A DNA stretch of 64,000 nt from Candidatus Aminicenantes bacterium (lineage in GTDB: Bacteria > Acidobacteriota > Aminicenantia > Aminicenantales > Saccharicenantaceae). The stretch is from the NCBI GenBank assembly GCA_014360015.1, contig JACIYJ010000003.1, positions 210,733-274,732 of the forward strand, in the 5' to 3' direction. The notes beneath the pieces were generated by a model, which saw only the letters and a list, made by a program, of their open reading frames with translations, ran no database searches and had not been told where the DNA came from. Below, piece after piece: positions 61,656 to 64,000 of this stretch. A program made the translations under genes and the position numbers. The number at the start of each line of letters is the position of its first letter. Position 1 is the stretch's first letter.

Positions 61656-63152
61656 ATGCCAAAGGCAATAAACAGTTTCCTGAAGTTTTATGGCTTTGTC
61701 CCGTTAACTTTTATCCTGCTCTTGTTTTTTTTCCAGCCACTGCTCAGAGCCCAGGAAGATGAAGTCTACGTTCCGGAAACTGACCCCTTAGTCCTCCAAA
61801 AGCTGGAGGCCTGGCAGGACTTGAAGTTTGGACTGCTGATGCATTGGGGACCATACAGCCAGTGGGGTATTGTGGAATCCTGGTCTATTTGCCCGGAAGA
61901 TGAAGGCTGGTGCCGCCGCAGCCTGGAAGATTATTATGCTTATCTTAAAAAATATGAAGACCTGAAAAAGACTTTTAACCCGGTTAAATTTGACCCCGCC
62001 GTCTGGGCAAAAGCCGCCAGAGAAGCCGGTATGCGTTATGTGGTCTTCACCACCAAACATCACGACGGCTTCTGTATGTTTGACTCCAAATACACCGATT
62101 ACAAAATCACCGACCCGGAATGCCCCTTCCACACTAACCCCAGGGCCAACATCACTAAGGAGATTTTTGAAGCTTTCAGAAAAGAAGGCTTCTGGGTTGG
62201 GGCCTACTTTTCCAAGCCTGATTGGCACTCGCCCTATTACTGGTGGCCCAACTTTCCGCCCCGCGACCGCAACGTCAACTACGACCCCGAAGCCTACCCC
62301 GAGCGCTGGGAAAAGTTTGTGGAATACACCCACAACCAGATTCTGGAGCTGATGACCGATTACGGCCGGGTGGACATCCTCTGGCTGGATGGGGGCTGGG
62401 TCTCCAAAAAATCAAAAGAAGAAATCCAGAAATACTACGAGCGCCGGCTAAGGGAAACCAAATCCGGTTACCTGAAAAGTCAGGTCATCAACCAGGACAT
62501 CAGAATGGATGAACTGGTGGCTAAGTGCCGGCAAAAGCAGCCCGGACTGATTGTGGTTGATCGGGCCGTTCCTGGAAAGAACCAGAATTATCTGACCCCG
62601 GAAAATGTGGTTCCGGACCGAGCCCTTCCCTACCCCTGGGAATCTTGCATCATTTCCGGCGGCGGTTGGTCCTACACTCCCGATGCAAAATACCTGAGCG
62701 GCCGTAAAGCCATCCACCTGCTGGTTGACGTGGTAGCCAAGGGCGGAAACCTTCTTCTCAACATCGCCCCCGGCCCGGACGGCACCTGGCAGCAGGGTGC
62801 TTTTGACCTGCTAAAAGAATATGCGGCCTGGATGAAAATCAATAGCGAAGCCATCTATGGCACCAGACCACTCCCACCCTATAAAGAGGGTAAAATCTGC
62901 TTTACCCGCGGTAAAGATGGCTCGGTCTATCTGATTTACCTGGCCGATGAGGGTGAAAGCCTGCCGGAAAAAATTTGCCTTGAGGCATTCAGGCTCTCTC
63001 CCAAAGCTAAAATTACGGCCCTTGGTTCAGCGGTAAAAATAAAATGGCGCCCGGCCGGAAAAGGATTTGAGCTTCTGATTCCAGATAATCTGAGAAATAA
63101 TCCTCCCTCCAAATACGCCTGGGTTTTTAGGCTATCCGAAGCCGGCCTTTGA
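61656..63152 (+). CDS. GH29 alpha-L-fucosidase, secreted
   Basis: KFGLLMHWG, RYVVFTTKHHDGFCMFDS and ILWLDGGW motifs. GGAGGA SD before ATG 61656. Confidence 0.9.
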   Translation: MPKAINSFLKFYGFVPLTFILLLFFFQPLLRAQEDEVYVPETDPLVLQKLEAWQDLKFGLLMHWGPYSQWGIVESWSICPEDEGWCRRSLEDYYAYLKKYEDLKKTFNPVKFDPAVWAKAAREAGMRYVVFTTKHHDGFCMFDSKYTDYKITDPECPFHTNPRANITKEIFEAFRKEGFWVGAYFSKPDWHSPYYWWPNFPPRDRNVNYDPEAYPERWEKFVEYTHNQILELMTDYGRVDILWLDGGWVSKKSKEEIQKYYERRLRETKSGYLKSQVINQDIRMDELVAKCRQKQPGLIVVDRAVPGKNQNYLTPENVVPDRALPYPWESCIISGGGWSYTPDAKYLSGRKAIHLLVDVVAKGGNLLLNIAPGPDGTWQQGAFDLLKEYAAWMKINSEAIYGTRPLPPYKEGKICFTRGKDGSVYLIYLADEGESLPEKICLEAFRLSPKAKITALGSAVKIKWRPAGKGFELLIPDNLRNNPPSKYAWVFRLSEAGL

Positions 63153-63271
63153 TTTGACAAATGCATTCTAAGTTCTTATTTTAAAATTAGGGAAAAGAAG
63201 GGGCCTTTAAATTCAGTCGGCTTCTTACAATTCCCCGAGCTCCTTCTTGCTCCTCTGGAAGGAGGTTTGAT

Positions 63272-63919
63272 ATGGGAAGGGGAAAGAGTCAGCTATTATT
63301 CCTGCTGACCATCCTTATGGGTTTTATGTTCTGCTTTTTATCTGGAGCTTATTTCACCCCCGGAGAGTCAGCCATTCAGATACCCGTGGGAACTAAAATT
63401 GAAGTCCACCCTGAAATGATAGTTTTTATTCTGAGTGAGGGCCGGCTCCAGGTTATACCTGACGGGGATACCCTGAAAATCAAAGCCTTAGACAATTCAG
63501 GAAAGCTGGTCTATAGCGGAACTCAAGCCAGAATCTTTTCCGAATGTCAGCCGGAAAAATTCAAAAAGCTCACCACGACTGATGCCGATTATCGTTTTAT
63601 TAAATTTTCTACTGGCAAGCCCGAGCTTGATCCAGCCGGGAAAGGCGTGCTCATTCCCAAAGACACTCGGATCGAAAAAGTTGAAAAAAATCTCTATCGC
63701 TTTCACCTGACCAGCGGCGAGGTAGTTTCTTTTAAATGCAATGTTACCAGCCAGGGCCATATTGGCGATTGCACCCGCTATACCAAAGACGGGAAAATAA
63801 TGTACACCAGGACCAGAGTTAAATTCTGCCGGATGATATCTCTGGACGAACTGAAAAAGATGACTTCTGTTCAAGAAGAACCGCTCTGGGTCCAGTTTTT
63901 ACCAGAGGGAAAGCTTTAA
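63272..63919 (+). CDS. Hypothetical secreted/anchored protein
   Basis: GGAGG SD and an N-terminal hydrophobic segment. I recognise no motifs. Confidence 0.45.
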   Translation: MGRGKSQLLFLLTILMGFMFCFLSGAYFTPGESAIQIPVGTKIEVHPEMIVFILSEGRLQVIPDGDTLKIKALDNSGKLVYSGTQARIFSECQPEKFKKLTTTDADYRFIKFSTGKPELDPAGKGVLIPKDTRIEKVEKNLYRFHLTSGEVVSFKCNVTSQGHIGDCTRYTKDGKIMYTRTRVKFCRMISLDELKKMTSVQEEPLWVQFLPEGKL

Positions 63920-64000
63920 GTTTTTAAAAACTAACCGCCAGCCTTTTTACTGTCAAGATTAGAGGCAGAAATTTTTAATGGCCTATCCTCTATAATGCCG

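Noticed and set aside
63181-63211. AAAATTAGGGAAAAGAAGGGGCC after the fucosidase gene as another copy of the dispersed repeat
   Set aside because: It shares only the CCCTAATTTT end (reverse strand) and a GGCCCC core. It is too short and too diverged to count with confidence.

Overview
A 64 kb chromosomal segment from a diderm (outer-membrane-bearing) bacterium that looks fermentative and saccharolytic. I cannot assign a lineage from the sequence alone. By eye, bulk GC is about 45-50%, with clear compositional islands.

Layout:
(1) 1-24 kb is a housekeeping block. It holds partial yicC, an Asd-fold protein that has lost its catalytic residues, a DUF465 gene, tRNA-Phe, a PAS/HD-GYP protein, clpB plus a FadL-like OMP, mutS and pgsA. 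It also holds a tightly packed ~12 kb minus-strand gene string: hslV-hslU-lipoprotein-FAH-transaldolase-tamB-bamA-surA-like-fabD.
(2) 24-41 kb is a glycan/peptide utilisation region: NTP-transferase, GH2 beta-galactosidase, an unusually GC-rich GH3, M61 peptidase, a 6-bladed propeller, an SSF symporter and an S9 peptidase. Its intergenic DNA is peppered with about 15 or more copies of a ~35 nt repeat (consensus approx AAAAnGGTGACGCCCTACAyrTTTCCTAATTTT).
(3) ackA-pta and ptb-buk are the fermentation modules.
(4) 43.9-48.4 kb is a lower-GC island holding a secreted hypothetical, an M23 peptidase, an ISL3 transposase remnant and a Type II R-M pair.
(5) 52.1-54.1 kb is a ~30% GC cassette. It encodes a small secreted two-Cys peptide, a frameshifted 6-bladed propeller and a truncated CPPC thioredoxin-like ORF. 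An ABC ATPase and a large polytopic membrane protein follow directly.
(6) The rest holds DUF2156, GNAT, a serine hydrolase, GH29 fucosidase and hypotheticals.

There is no rRNA, no CRISPR array and no cas genes. All family calls rest on motifs I recognise by eye in the translations; no database search was run.

The best candidates for something undescribed are the peptide/propeller/thioredoxin/ABC cassette and the dispersed repeat family.
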